DNA of 48,506 nucleotides from an uncultured Staphylococcaceae bacterium (GCA_964368275.1 CAYJAQ010000004.1:1-48506); one strand, 5' to 3'. Positions 16,817 to 25,659 are shown, counted from the first letter of the stretch. Notes: generated from the sequence alone by a model not told the origin. Made by a program: numbers and translations.

Positions 16817-17499
16817 TGGGGTTTATAATGGATAAAATTAAAATTTTAATTGCTGATGTTTCGGAATTGTCTATCGACGATGCTAAACATTTTGAATATG
16901 TCTCTGCTGATGTTCTAGAACGTCTCACTGATTATCAAATTGAACTTGATCAAAAACGCACATTAGGGGCAGAACTCTTGTTAATCAGAGCTCTTAAGGA
17001 TGACAAAAATATAATTAAAAGCAGAATTAATTATCAATATAATGAGTATAAGAAGCCATTTCTAAAAGATTTTCCCTCTTATCACTTCAATAAAAGTCAT
17101 AGTGGGGTTTATGCCGGTGTTACGCTTGCTGAAATTGAAGTAGGTTTAGACATCGAACAGATTCGCCCGATTAACCGAAAGATAATTCACAAAACGATGA
17201 ATTCTCTTGATGCAAAAAAATGCGAAGTGATGAATGATCAAGAATTTGCAGATTATTTTTTCCATGATTGGACAATAAAAGAGAGTTATCTTAAAACTTT
17301 AGGGGTAGGTATCACAAAGGACTTACGTCAAGTGATTATTGATTATACTAATAAAACTGTTTGTATGGAAGGCTACAAAGTAGGAAATTTTCATTCATTA
17401 AAAATTGCGGATTTCTATTACTTAGCTGTGACTTATTTTGGTGATAAACGTGATTACACTATTTTTGAAGTAAGTCTAACACAGCCTAGATTTCATTAG
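16816..17499 (+). CDS. Sfp-type 4'-phosphopantetheinyl transferase
   Basis: A TAATG overlap links it to the carrier protein gene. Motifs are SHSGVYAGV, VGLDIEQI and WTIKESYLKTLG. An alternative start exists at 16828. Confidence 0.8.
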   Translation: MGFIMDKIKILIADVSELSIDDAKHFEYVSADVLERLTDYQIELDQKRTLGAELLLIRALKDDKNIIKSRINYQYNEYKKPFLKDFPSYHFNKSHSGVYAGVTLAEIEVGLDIEQIRPINRKIIHKTMNSLDAKKCEVMNDQEFADYFFHDWTIKESYLKTLGVGITKDLRQVIIDYTNKTVCMEGYKVGNFHSLKIADFYYLAVTYFGDKRDYTIFEVSLTQPRFH

Positions 17500-17510
17500 T
17501 GGAGGTAAAT

Positions 17511-17960
17511 ATGACTAATTATGCTCAAATAAAGCAACAACTTTATGCCCTAACAGAAGGAGTTGATAACTCGATTAGTAATTATGCTAATACAGCAGCT
17601 TTGCTTTTTAATGAACTTGCTGATGTTAGTTGGGTAGGCTTTTATTTTGTTGATGATGATGAGTTAATATTAGGACCCTTTCAAGGCTTACCTGCTTGTG
17701 TTAGAATTAAGAAAGGCCATGGTGTATGTGGTGAAGCATGGGTAAAAGGGCAGACCTTAGTCATTCCAAATGTTTGCGAATATGCCAATCATATTGCTTG
17801 TGATAGCCGTTCAATGGCCGAGATTGTAATTCCAATTAGAAAGAAAAATGCGATTGTTGGGGTAATGGATATTGATAGTTATCAAGAGAAGCGTTTTACA
17901 AGTGTTGATCAAAAAGGACTAGAATCATTAGTCGAAGTCATTGAGAACTTTATCAAGTAG
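17511..17960 (+). CDS. GAF-domain protein (free methionine-R-sulfoxide reductase MsrC/YebR-like)
   Basis: Motifs are WVGFYF, LGPFQGLPACVRI, GHGVCGEAW, HIACDSRSMAEIVIPI and GVMDIDS. The start is the ATG at 17511, behind GGAGG. Confidence 0.75.
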   Translation: MTNYAQIKQQLYALTEGVDNSISNYANTAALLFNELADVSWVGFYFVDDDELILGPFQGLPACVRIKKGHGVCGEAWVKGQTLVIPNVCEYANHIACDSRSMAEIVIPIRKKNAIVGVMDIDSYQEKRFTSVDQKGLESLVEVIENFIK

Positions 17961-17967
17961 TTAATAG

Positions 17968-17995
17968 GCAAAGTGCAAAGCACTTTCCTTTTTTC
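17968..17995 (+). terminator. Rho-independent terminator closing the seven-gene operon
   Basis: AAAGTGC-AAA-GCACTTT followed by CCTTTTTT. Confidence 0.75.
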
Positions 17996-18076
17996 ATTTA
18001 ACAAGCAAGAAAAATTGTTATTAAAAAGCATTTATTAAAAAATAATGATATAATATGCCAAAAGGAGACATTGATA

Positions 18077-20401
18077 ATGGAAAAAATGATTAAGAATAGC
18101 CGTTTTGCTCATAAAGAGATATTGGCTGATATAAATGATGATGCAAATACAAGATGGTTAAATAAGCCAGTCCTATCTACCAAGGACATTTATAATGGAG
18201 ATACTTTAGAAGGTGTAATTGGTCCAAAAGATGGTTCCATGACTCTTTCTAATAAATTCGCAAATTTTGGTAATAGTAGTTTATTAATTACCGCGAACAC
18301 TCAAGTTGAGAATGTTTTTCCACGTCCTGCCTGCGGAGTTACTTTTCAATTGCCTCATGTAGACTATTCGGAATATAACCGATTAAGTGCTTGGGTTTAT
18401 ATTGAATCTGTTGGCCATCAAAATTTCTATTTTCATTTTTCGTTTGGCAATAATGGTGCTGAAGAAAATCATGCTCCTAGTTTAGTACCAAATGAATGGA
18501 ATCATGTGGTCTGGGAAGTGTCCCATATTAAACGCAATGATGTTACTAAGTTAAGTGTTACCCCTTTCTTAATGGGATGTCCACCAGAAGGATTACCAGA
18601 ATTAAAAGTTTATATTCATAATATTCGCGCAGAACTGGTTAAACAAGATCATGATAAAGGTTGGCAATTAGATGATCGTATTGCGTATTGCCATACAGGT
18701 TACTTTAATAATGCTAAAAAAGTGGCATTAGTTGCGAGTACTCCCAATAAATCTTTTCAAGTATACAATTATAAAGAAGAATTGGTGTATGAAGGGCTTG
18801 TTAAAGGATGTAATTCTAGTCTAGGCTCCTTTTATGAACTTGATTTTTCTAGTTTGACAACTACTGGTGAGTATTATTTAAAGATTGATGAACGCAAGAC
18901 ACCGATGTTTGCAATTAATGATATGCCATACTTATCATCTATTTGGAAAAGTATGAATTTTTTACGAATGTTGCGCTGCGGCGAAGAAGTAGTTAATGTC
19001 CATAGTGCGTGTCATTTAAATTGCCGAACAGTTCATCCAAATGGTAGCAGTGTTCCCAATCATGGTGGTTGGCACGATGCTGGTGATGTTTCGCAGTTTG
19101 AAATTTGTACTGCTGAAATGGCTCAAGCAATTTTAGAACTAGCAGAGAAATATCAATATACTGATACCGATTTATATGAACGCTTGCTTGAAGAGGCTAA
19201 AGTTGGTATCAACTGGCTTTTACAAACACGCTTTGGTGATGGTTCACGAGCTTGTGCTGTAAGTTATTCGATTTGGCGCAGTAATGTTTTAAAACCAGAT
19301 AATAAGAGTGTCTTAATTAGTCAAGCGGAAAATGGTCCTTTTGAAAACTTATGTTCTGCTGCGGCACTTAGTGTTGCTGCCCAGATGTATAAAGAAAGTG
19401 ATGCGGTATTTGCTAAATGGTGTGCTAGAAGTGCTGTGGAAGATTATCAATTTGGAGTTGATGGTTATAAAAAAGGGATATATACAAAACGTTGGGGCAC
19501 CAATGTTGATGCTCAAGTAGTTGGTTGTGCTTGCATGACAGCTTGTGAATTATATTTACTTACTTGTGACAATAAATACATTAATGAAGCTTGCAATTTT
19601 GCAAATATCATCTTAGCTTGTCAACAGTCTGAATATCCAAGTTGGGATATTCCAGTACGAGGTTATTTTTATGAGGACCCTGCACATACTAGTATCTTAA
19701 CTTATGAACATCGTGGCCATGAACAGACACCGATTCAAGGCTTAGCACGTTTACTAGAAATTATGCCTAATCATAATGATGCAGAAAAATGGCGCCATGG
19801 TTTAGAATTATATGCTGAATACGTGATATGGTCAATTGATAAAGCACGACCATACAACCTTTTACCAGCACATATTTACGAAGTTGATAAACTAAATGCT
19901 GAAAGATTTACAATACCAGCGACTCATGGAACAATAGAAGAAGGCATGGCAAATTTAAAACAACAAGCGATGCATGGAATCAAGTTAAATGAAGGAGTTT
20001 ATTTGCGATTATTCCCGATAGCTGTTCAAAGAAGAGGTTATCATGCAACATTATTAAGTAAAGTTAAAGCTGTAACAATGATTGCCAAGGTTTTAGATAA
20101 AACAGAATTAGGGCAAATAGCGATTGATCAGTTAGAATGGATTTTCGGTAAAAATCCATTTGCTTCTTCAACTATGTATGGTGAGGGACACAACTTCCAT
20201 CCACTTTATGTTGCCTTTTCACGCCAAATGGTTGGTGCATTACCTGTTGGTATTAAGACATTGGGCGATGATGATGAACCATTCTGGCCCACAATTAATA
20301 ATGCTGTGTTCAAAGAAATTTGGGGTCATACAACGGGTAAATATCTTTGGGTCTTAGCAGACTTAGTTGAAATAGTTAATAAAAAATCACAGAAGATGTG
20401 A
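18077..20401 (+). CDS. Glycoside hydrolase family 9 protein, no signal peptide
   Basis: It shows the GH9 signature HGGWHDAGD. An Ig-like N-terminal module is typical of GH9 (AYCHTGYF ... YELDFSSLTTTGEYYLKI ... MFAIND), preceded by a roughly 200-aa extra N-terminal region. The start is the ATG at 18077, 9 nt after AGGAG. Confidence 0.8.
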   Translation: MEKMIKNSRFAHKEILADINDDANTRWLNKPVLSTKDIYNGDTLEGVIGPKDGSMTLSNKFANFGNSSLLITANTQVENVFPRPACGVTFQLPHVDYSEYNRLSAWVYIESVGHQNFYFHFSFGNNGAEENHAPSLVPNEWNHVVWEVSHIKRNDVTKLSVTPFLMGCPPEGLPELKVYIHNIRAELVKQDHDKGWQLDDRIAYCHTGYFNNAKKVALVASTPNKSFQVYNYKEELVYEGLVKGCNSSLGSFYELDFSSLTTTGEYYLKIDERKTPMFAINDMPYLSSIWKSMNFLRMLRCGEEVVNVHSACHLNCRTVHPNGSSVPNHGGWHDAGDVSQFEICTAEMAQAILELAEKYQYTDTDLYERLLEEAKVGINWLLQTRFGDGSRACAVSYSIWRSNVLKPDNKSVLISQAENGPFENLCSAAALSVAAQMYKESDAVFAKWCARSAVEDYQFGVDGYKKGIYTKRWGTNVDAQVVGCACMTACELYLLTCDNKYINEACNFANIILACQQSEYPSWDIPVRGYFYEDPAHTSILTYEHRGHEQTPIQGLARLLEIMPNHNDAEKWRHGLELYAEYVIWSIDKARPYNLLPAHIYEVDKLNAERFTIPATHGTIEEGMANLKQQAMHGIKLNEGVYLRLFPIAVQRRGYHATLLSKVKAVTMIAKVLDKTELGQIAIDQLEWIFGKNPFASSTMYGEGHNFHPLYVAFSRQMVGALPVGIKTLGDDDEPFWPTINNAVFKEIWGHTTGKYLWVLADLVEIVNKKSQKM

Positions 20402-20466
20402 TTTTTTACTTTTTTTCTTTCAAATTTGCAAAAATATGCTATAATATGCTATCCAAGGAGTTTATT

Positions 20467-20997
20467 ATGATTAGATTAGCAATAATGATTGATTTAAAAG
20501 GGATTATGAAGTGTATAAATGACGCTAAGGAATTATTTAGATCTGTTAAGTCTGATCAGTGGCAAGCACCTACTGGCTATCCTGATGAGAATAATATTAG
20601 TGATGATATTGTCAATCAAAGAATGTATGTTTTTGAAGATGATAACATAATTAAAGGGTGTATGGCTGTTTTAAGAACTCCTGAACCAACCTATTTAAAT
20701 ATCTATGAAGGGGCTTGGTTAAACAGTGACGAATATTGGACAGTTCATCGGATTGCTGTTAACAAAAAATATTATCACCAAGAGGTTGCTACAGAGATGA
20801 TGAAATTTGTAGAAGTTGAAGCAGCAAGAAATCAAGTTTTTAATATTAAAATTGATACTAAAATTGAGAATAAGAATATGCGAGGGTTAGCAGATAAGCT
20901 AGGATACGTTTATTGTGGCATAATTTATCTTTGCAAGAATGACTTAGATCCTAAACGCCTTGCTTATCAAAAAGTAATTGAAAAAGAAGGAAAATAA
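20467..20997 (+). CDS. GNAT-family N-acetyltransferase
   Basis: The start is the ATG at 20467, after AAGGAG. A TATAAT lies upstream inside the track ORF extension. It has a WTVHRIAVNKKYYHQEVATEMM acetyl-CoA-binding-like segment. Confidence 0.6.
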   Translation: MIRLAIMIDLKGIMKCINDAKELFRSVKSDQWQAPTGYPDENNISDDIVNQRMYVFEDDNIIKGCMAVLRTPEPTYLNIYEGAWLNSDEYWTVHRIAVNKKYYHQEVATEMMKFVEVEAARNQVFNIKIDTKIENKNMRGLADKLGYVYCGIIYLCKNDLDPKRLAYQKVIEKEGK

Positions 20998-20998
20998 A

Positions 20999-21706
20999 AT
21001 GAAATCTTTTAAAGTCATGAAAATAGTTTTTGGTATATTGGGAATCGCTTTTTTAGTTGCTGCGATTGTTGTTACGTTCACCTATAGCAAAATAAAGCAA
21101 ACTTATCAAAAAGTAGATGCTGTTGTTATCTATAGTAATACTGATACTGATTATGATTATACTGTTGTTGAATATAAGTATCGGGGCATATCATATGAAG
21201 GTAGAATAAATTATAGTTCGTTTAATATCAGAGAAGGCGATACAATTACGGTTATGGTTGACCCCGAGGATGCCCGTCAAGTAAAGTACCGGGGAACATA
21301 TGTAATGCTAATCATTATGTTTAGTGCTATGGGTACTTCATTTTGTTTAGTTCCGATTATTATGAATATCGTTTTAAAGAAACGTAACAAACTAAAAAAT
21401 TTTGCTCTGCGTAATGGTAGACGGATAAAAGCTATGGCTGACCAAGTTTGTGAAAATAGATTTGTTTCATATAATAATCGCCACCCATATTATCTAACAT
21501 GCCACTATAAGGATCGTTTTGGGCGCCATGATTTAAAAAGTAACAACTTCTGGGATCCCATCGACCTTCCTGAAAAAGCTGTTTTGTATGTCTATGTAAT
21601 TGATGAAAATAAGTATTATGTTGATTTGACAACAATTAGGGCATATGATGATGATGTTGATTTTGATATTTTTCAAATAGATGATTATCAAGTTGTTGAT
21701 AAGTAA
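20999..21706 (+). CDS. Membrane protein, DUF3592-like
   Basis: Two TM helices bracket a beta-rich domain (VDAVVIYSN ... VVEYKYRGISYEG ... GDTITVMVDPED), followed by a soluble C-terminal domain. Confidence 0.55.
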   Translation: MKSFKVMKIVFGILGIAFLVAAIVVTFTYSKIKQTYQKVDAVVIYSNTDTDYDYTVVEYKYRGISYEGRINYSSFNIREGDTITVMVDPEDARQVKYRGTYVMLIIMFSAMGTSFCLVPIIMNIVLKKRNKLKNFALRNGRRIKAMADQVCENRFVSYNNRHPYYLTCHYKDRFGRHDLKSNNFWDPIDLPEKAVLYVYVIDENKYYVDLTTIRAYDDDVDFDIFQIDDYQVVDK

Positions 21707-21767
21707 TTATTTCATTTGCATTTTAGATTAGATAGTAGTATGATATTACTCGAAAAAGGAAAGATAT

Positions 21768-22652
21768 ATGAAAAGTAATTGTTTTCGTGACCTAATAACA
21801 ACTAAATATAATGAAGCAAATGTTGTTCTAACGGGTATTCCCTATGACAAAGGGTGCTCATGTGAAAAAGGGGCTGCCGATGCACCACGGGTAATGCGTG
21901 AACTATCAAGCTTTTTACCAGCGTGTTCGATGAATGGTGATATCCTAACAAAAATAAAAATGTATGATACAGGTGATATTTTTGCTAAAGACATCCCAGA
22001 GTTAATTGAAAAATGCCACAATTTGTTTGATGATGATAAATTTCAGCTAATATTAGGTGGTGACCACTCAGCGACAATTGCAACGCAAAAAGCTTTTTTG
22101 AAGCGGACCGAAAAACACAACAAGATTCCAGCAATTATTCATATTGATGCACATCCTGATTTTTGTGCTTTCTACGATGGTAGCGCGTATTCACATGCGT
22201 GTACTAACTATCAAGCAGTTTGTAATGGCTATAAGCCAGATAATATTGTGCTGGTCGGAATAAGAGGATACGAAATACAGGAAGTAGAATACTTCTTGAA
22301 ACATCCTGAAATCACTATTTTTAATGCTAGTTCCATTAATAGAAATGGCATTGAAGAGGTAATTGCAAAAATTCTTGCCCGGTTTAATGATGATTATGAA
22401 ATCTATTTATCATATGATATTGATGCTAATGATCCTAGCTTTGCACCAGGCACTGGAACACCCGAAGCTTTTGGTTTAGCGTCTACCCAAATCCTAAAAC
22501 TGATCATGTCAGTTGTAAAAAATTTGAATATTACAGCGATGGATATCGTTGAAGTATCGCCACCACATGATAGCAATAATATGACATCATGGCTTGCGTT
22601 AAAAACTATTTATGAAGTTTTTAATGTATTAATAAATAAAAATAATTTTTAG
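21768..22652 (+). CDS. Ureohydrolase (agmatinase/arginase fold) protein
   Basis: Mn-ligand motifs are present: LGGDHSAT, IHIDAHPDF and SYDIDANDPSFAPGTGTPE. Confidence 0.8.
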   Translation: MKSNCFRDLITTKYNEANVVLTGIPYDKGCSCEKGAADAPRVMRELSSFLPACSMNGDILTKIKMYDTGDIFAKDIPELIEKCHNLFDDDKFQLILGGDHSATIATQKAFLKRTEKHNKIPAIIHIDAHPDFCAFYDGSAYSHACTNYQAVCNGYKPDNIVLVGIRGYEIQEVEYFLKHPEITIFNASSINRNGIEEVIAKILARFNDDYEIYLSYDIDANDPSFAPGTGTPEAFGLASTQILKLIMSVVKNLNITAMDIVEVSPPHDSNNMTSWLALKTIYEVFNVLINKNNF

Positions 22653-22661
22653 GAGAAAATT

Positions 22662-23468
22662 ATGAAACATATAACTTTAGATTGCTATGGCTCGGTTCAA
22701 CATTCACTGGATAGTATGATTTTAATTAATCAATTATTAACTAATTTAACATACCAAGTTGGGCTCAATCCAATTACCCCTCCACATATTATTCCTTACT
22801 ATTATGGAAAAGTAAAAGAAGATATTGGTATTAGTGGTTATGTGCTCTTAGAAGGTGGGCATGTTACTATCCACACTTTCCCAATGCGTGAATGCTATTT
22901 TGTTGATGTCTTTTCTACTTCTGATTACGATGAAAAGGCTATTTACAAGTTTTTCATGGAAAATCTACCATTTAATGAAAAATTGTCGAATTTCTTTATC
23001 CGCAATCGTGCTGTCCAAGCATTTGATGTTTTGCCATATGATCCTAACATCGATTTTGGCCCTCATGTAATGGGAGAGATAAAGACCCAATGTGATATTT
23101 CAATGGAACAAATGTTTGATTTCCTTGAGAAAATTGTTGTAGAAATCAACATGGATCCAATAATTAGAGCTGTCGTTGTTAAGAATGTTACCGAAAACCC
23201 AGATTATTTATCTGGTATTATCATTATTGCTCAAAGTCACATTTCTTTACATTATGAGTATGCTACTAAACGTATTTATGCTGATTTATTCTCTTGTGTA
23301 GCATTTGATTATACAGTTGTTGATAAATACTTTGAACAACTAGGTCAAATAGTTTCTAGCATTTTAGTGCCACGTGGTACAAAACATATTTATAAAGTAA
23401 AGTCAAGCGTTGATAATGCTGAATTGTTAGCCAATACAAAATGGCAACGTGTAATCAAATGTAAATAA
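22662..23468 (+). CDS. Tandem-duplicated AdoMetDC (SpeD/SpeH class 1)-like pyruvoyl-enzyme homologue
   Basis: Two roughly 130-aa halves each align to a class-1 AdoMetDC protomer. Half 1 reads LLEGGHVTIHTFP, with the processing Ser replaced by Gly. Half 2 reads IIAQSHISLHYEY, with Ser192 retained (nt 23235-23237). Confidence 0.7.
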   Translation: MKHITLDCYGSVQHSLDSMILINQLLTNLTYQVGLNPITPPHIIPYYYGKVKEDIGISGYVLLEGGHVTIHTFPMRECYFVDVFSTSDYDEKAIYKFFMENLPFNEKLSNFFIRNRAVQAFDVLPYDPNIDFGPHVMGEIKTQCDISMEQMFDFLEKIVVEINMDPIIRAVVVKNVTENPDYLSGIIIIAQSHISLHYEYATKRIYADLFSCVAFDYTVVDKYFEQLGQIVSSILVPRGTKHIYKVKSSVDNAELLANTKWQRVIKCK

Positions 23469-23490
23469 GATGGCGACTGCCATCTTTTCG
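23468..23490 (+). terminator. Rho-independent terminator
   Basis: AGATGGC-GACT-GCCATCT followed by TTTT. Confidence 0.7.
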
Positions 23491-23573
23491 CATTTATTAA
23501 GCATTATTTAGTCTTTTTATTATGTGCAATAAAATAATTCCAAGAAACTAGCATTTTGATGTTCTTACTTAGT

Positions 23574-23602
23574 TTGACAGAAACTGTAAAAGGTGCTATA
23601 AT
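23574..23602 (+). promoter_or_regulatory. Consensus sigma-A promoter of ktrBA
   Basis: TTGACA (23574-23579), a 17-nt spacer, then TATAAT (23597-23602). Confidence 0.75.
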
Positions 23603-23639
23603 TTACGTAACTTAATTTATAAAATTGTAGGAGAAGCCA

Positions 23640-24950
23640 ATGAAAAAGAAGAATTCACCATATGTAAAAATATTTATTAGCTTTGCTGCAGTAATACTTT
23701 TTGGTACGTTATTACTAATGCTGCCAATTTCTACAAAAGATCGAACTGGCTTATCTTTTATTAACGCCCTTTTTACCAGTACTTCATCAGTGTGTGTAAC
23801 AGGATTAACGGTTATTCCTAATGTTGGTTTAACATTATCTGTTTTTGGTAAAATTGTGATGGCAGTACTAGTTGAAATAGGTGGTTTAAGCTTTTTAACT
23901 TTTGCTATTTTCATTTTTATCATTTTAGGATTAAAGATAGGTATTACTGAACGCTTTCTTATGCGTGAAGCGCTTAATCAAAATTCGGTTACTGGTATCA
24001 TAAAATTAATAAAAATAATTGTCCTAATATCATTCTCTATTCAGTTTGTCGGTTTTGTTGCTAATTGTGTTATTTTAGCTCCATATTATGAAAACTTTGG
24101 TGAACTCCTAGGTGTTAGTGCCTTTCATGCGGTATCAAGTTTCAATAATGCCGGCTTTGATATTTTTGGTAGAACTGATAATATGTTCATGTTTAAAGAT
24201 AATTTTTGGCTTAACTTGAATACAATGTTATTAATTACACTTGGTGGCATTGGTTTTATTGTTATCTATGATGTAGTAAAAGTCCATTCATGGCGTAAAT
24301 TCTCTTTACATACTAAGATTGTTTTAGTTACTTCAATTAGTTTAATTATTTTTGGAACATTGATTTTTAAACTACCAATGTATAATGAGATAACTTGGCT
24401 ACAAGCGGTTTTCCAAAGCGTATCAACAAGAACGGCAGGGTTTGCCACTATGGATATGGCTACACTTAGTAATCCAACTTTCATAGGAACTTTAGCATTG
24501 ATGTTCATTGGTGCTTCACCAAGTTCAACTGGTGGTGGTATTAAGACAACAACGTTCTTTGTTGCTATAATTACAATTATTAGTTATGCAAGAGGGCGTT
24601 CACCTAAAGTTTTTAATCGCCAAATTGCTAGCCAATCGGCGTATAAATCTTTTTCATTAATTGTAATTGCATTAATTGTAATTGTTTTTGCGACTATTGG
24701 CATTTCAATAGCTGAACCAACACAAGACATTCGTGCTATTATGTTGGAAGTTTTTTCGGCATTTGGCACAGTTGGTTTGTCAATGAGTTTAACCCCACTC
24801 CTTACGTCAGTAAGTAAAATTATTCTTTGCTTGTTGATGCTTTTTGGTCGGGTGGGACCATTAACAATAATGAGTATGTGGAATGATCGTTGGCTAAATG
24901 AACCTAATGATAATATCAGTTATGTTGAAGAAAAAATAATCGTCGGATAG
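23640..24950 (+). CDS. ktrB: TrkH/KtrB-family potassium uptake membrane subunit
   Basis: The 436-aa polytopic protein has repeated pore-loop segments (SSVCVTGL, NNAGFD, TRTAGF, SSTGGGIKTTT). Confidence 0.85.
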   Translation: MKKKNSPYVKIFISFAAVILFGTLLLMLPISTKDRTGLSFINALFTSTSSVCVTGLTVIPNVGLTLSVFGKIVMAVLVEIGGLSFLTFAIFIFIILGLKIGITERFLMREALNQNSVTGIIKLIKIIVLISFSIQFVGFVANCVILAPYYENFGELLGVSAFHAVSSFNNAGFDIFGRTDNMFMFKDNFWLNLNTMLLITLGGIGFIVIYDVVKVHSWRKFSLHTKIVLVTSISLIIFGTLIFKLPMYNEITWLQAVFQSVSTRTAGFATMDMATLSNPTFIGTLALMFIGASPSSTGGGIKTTTFFVAIITIISYARGRSPKVFNRQIASQSAYKSFSLIVIALIVIVFATIGISIAEPTQDIRAIMLEVFSAFGTVGLSMSLTPLLTSVSKIILCLLMLFGRVGPLTIMSMWNDRWLNEPNDNISYVEEKIIVG

Positions 24951-24962
24951 GAGAAGATAGAA

Positions 24963-25619
24963 ATGAAAAAAAGTTTTGCTATTATCGGCTTAGGCCGTTT
25001 TGGTTTAGGAATTGTTAAGACACTTAGCGAATTAAAATGTGATGTTTTAGCAATCGATGTTCGCCGTGACAGTGTTGAAAAAGCAGCAGAATATAATAAC
25101 CACTGTGTTATTTGTGATGCCACTAAAAAAGCTAATTTAAAAGAATTGGGAATAAATAATATTGATCACGCAGTAGTTGCTATTGGTAATAATTTGCAAT
25201 CAACTATTTTAACTACGATAAACTTGAAGGAATTAGGAGTTCCCCATATAACTGTTAGAGTAGATGAAGAAGAATACATTTCTGTTATGGAACGCCTTGG
25301 GGCAACTGATGTGATTATTCCCGAAGAAGCATCTTCAATTTCTTTAGCTAATCAAATTGTCAGTGATAATGTTTTAGATTATTACAAAGTAAAAAAAGAA
25401 TATTCAATGATGCAGATTAAAGTAAGAAAACTATTTAAAGCAAGAACATTAATAGATATTGATAGCCGTAATAAATACAATGTTAATATTGTTGGTATCA
25501 TTAGAAATGAAGAATTCTTTATCCCTAAAGGTACTGATGAAATTAGAGCAGAAGACATTTTATTGATAATCGGAAAGACTAATAATATTATTAAATTTGA
25601 TAACTCTATCAATGATTAA
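24963..25619 (+). CDS. ktrA: TrkA/KtrA-family potassium uptake regulatory (RCK) subunit
   Basis: It has an IIGLGRFG Rossmann motif and an RCK_N plus RCK_C layout. Confidence 0.85.
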   Translation: MKKSFAIIGLGRFGLGIVKTLSELKCDVLAIDVRRDSVEKAAEYNNHCVICDATKKANLKELGINNIDHAVVAIGNNLQSTILTTINLKELGVPHITVRVDEEEYISVMERLGATDVIIPEEASSISLANQIVSDNVLDYYKVKKEYSMMQIKVRKLFKARTLIDIDSRNKYNVNIVGIIRNEEFFIPKGTDEIRAEDILLIIGKTNNIIKFDNSIND

Positions 25620-25659
25620 GTTTTTACCGAGATAGTTTATTACTAGAAAGAGGTAAACT

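Noticed and set aside
19332-20357. Same-strand internal ORFs 19332-19520 and 20160-20357, and similar ones at 22855-23070, 36737-36949 and 41756-41998
   Set aside because: They are out-of-frame ORFs nested in long motif-supported genes and have no independent signals.
23491-23639. c-di-AMP (ydaO/kimA-type) riboswitch ahead of ktrBA
   Set aside because: The consensus promoter at 23574-23602 leaves a leader of only about 30 nt, too short for that riboswitch. I saw no pseudo-twofold helices.
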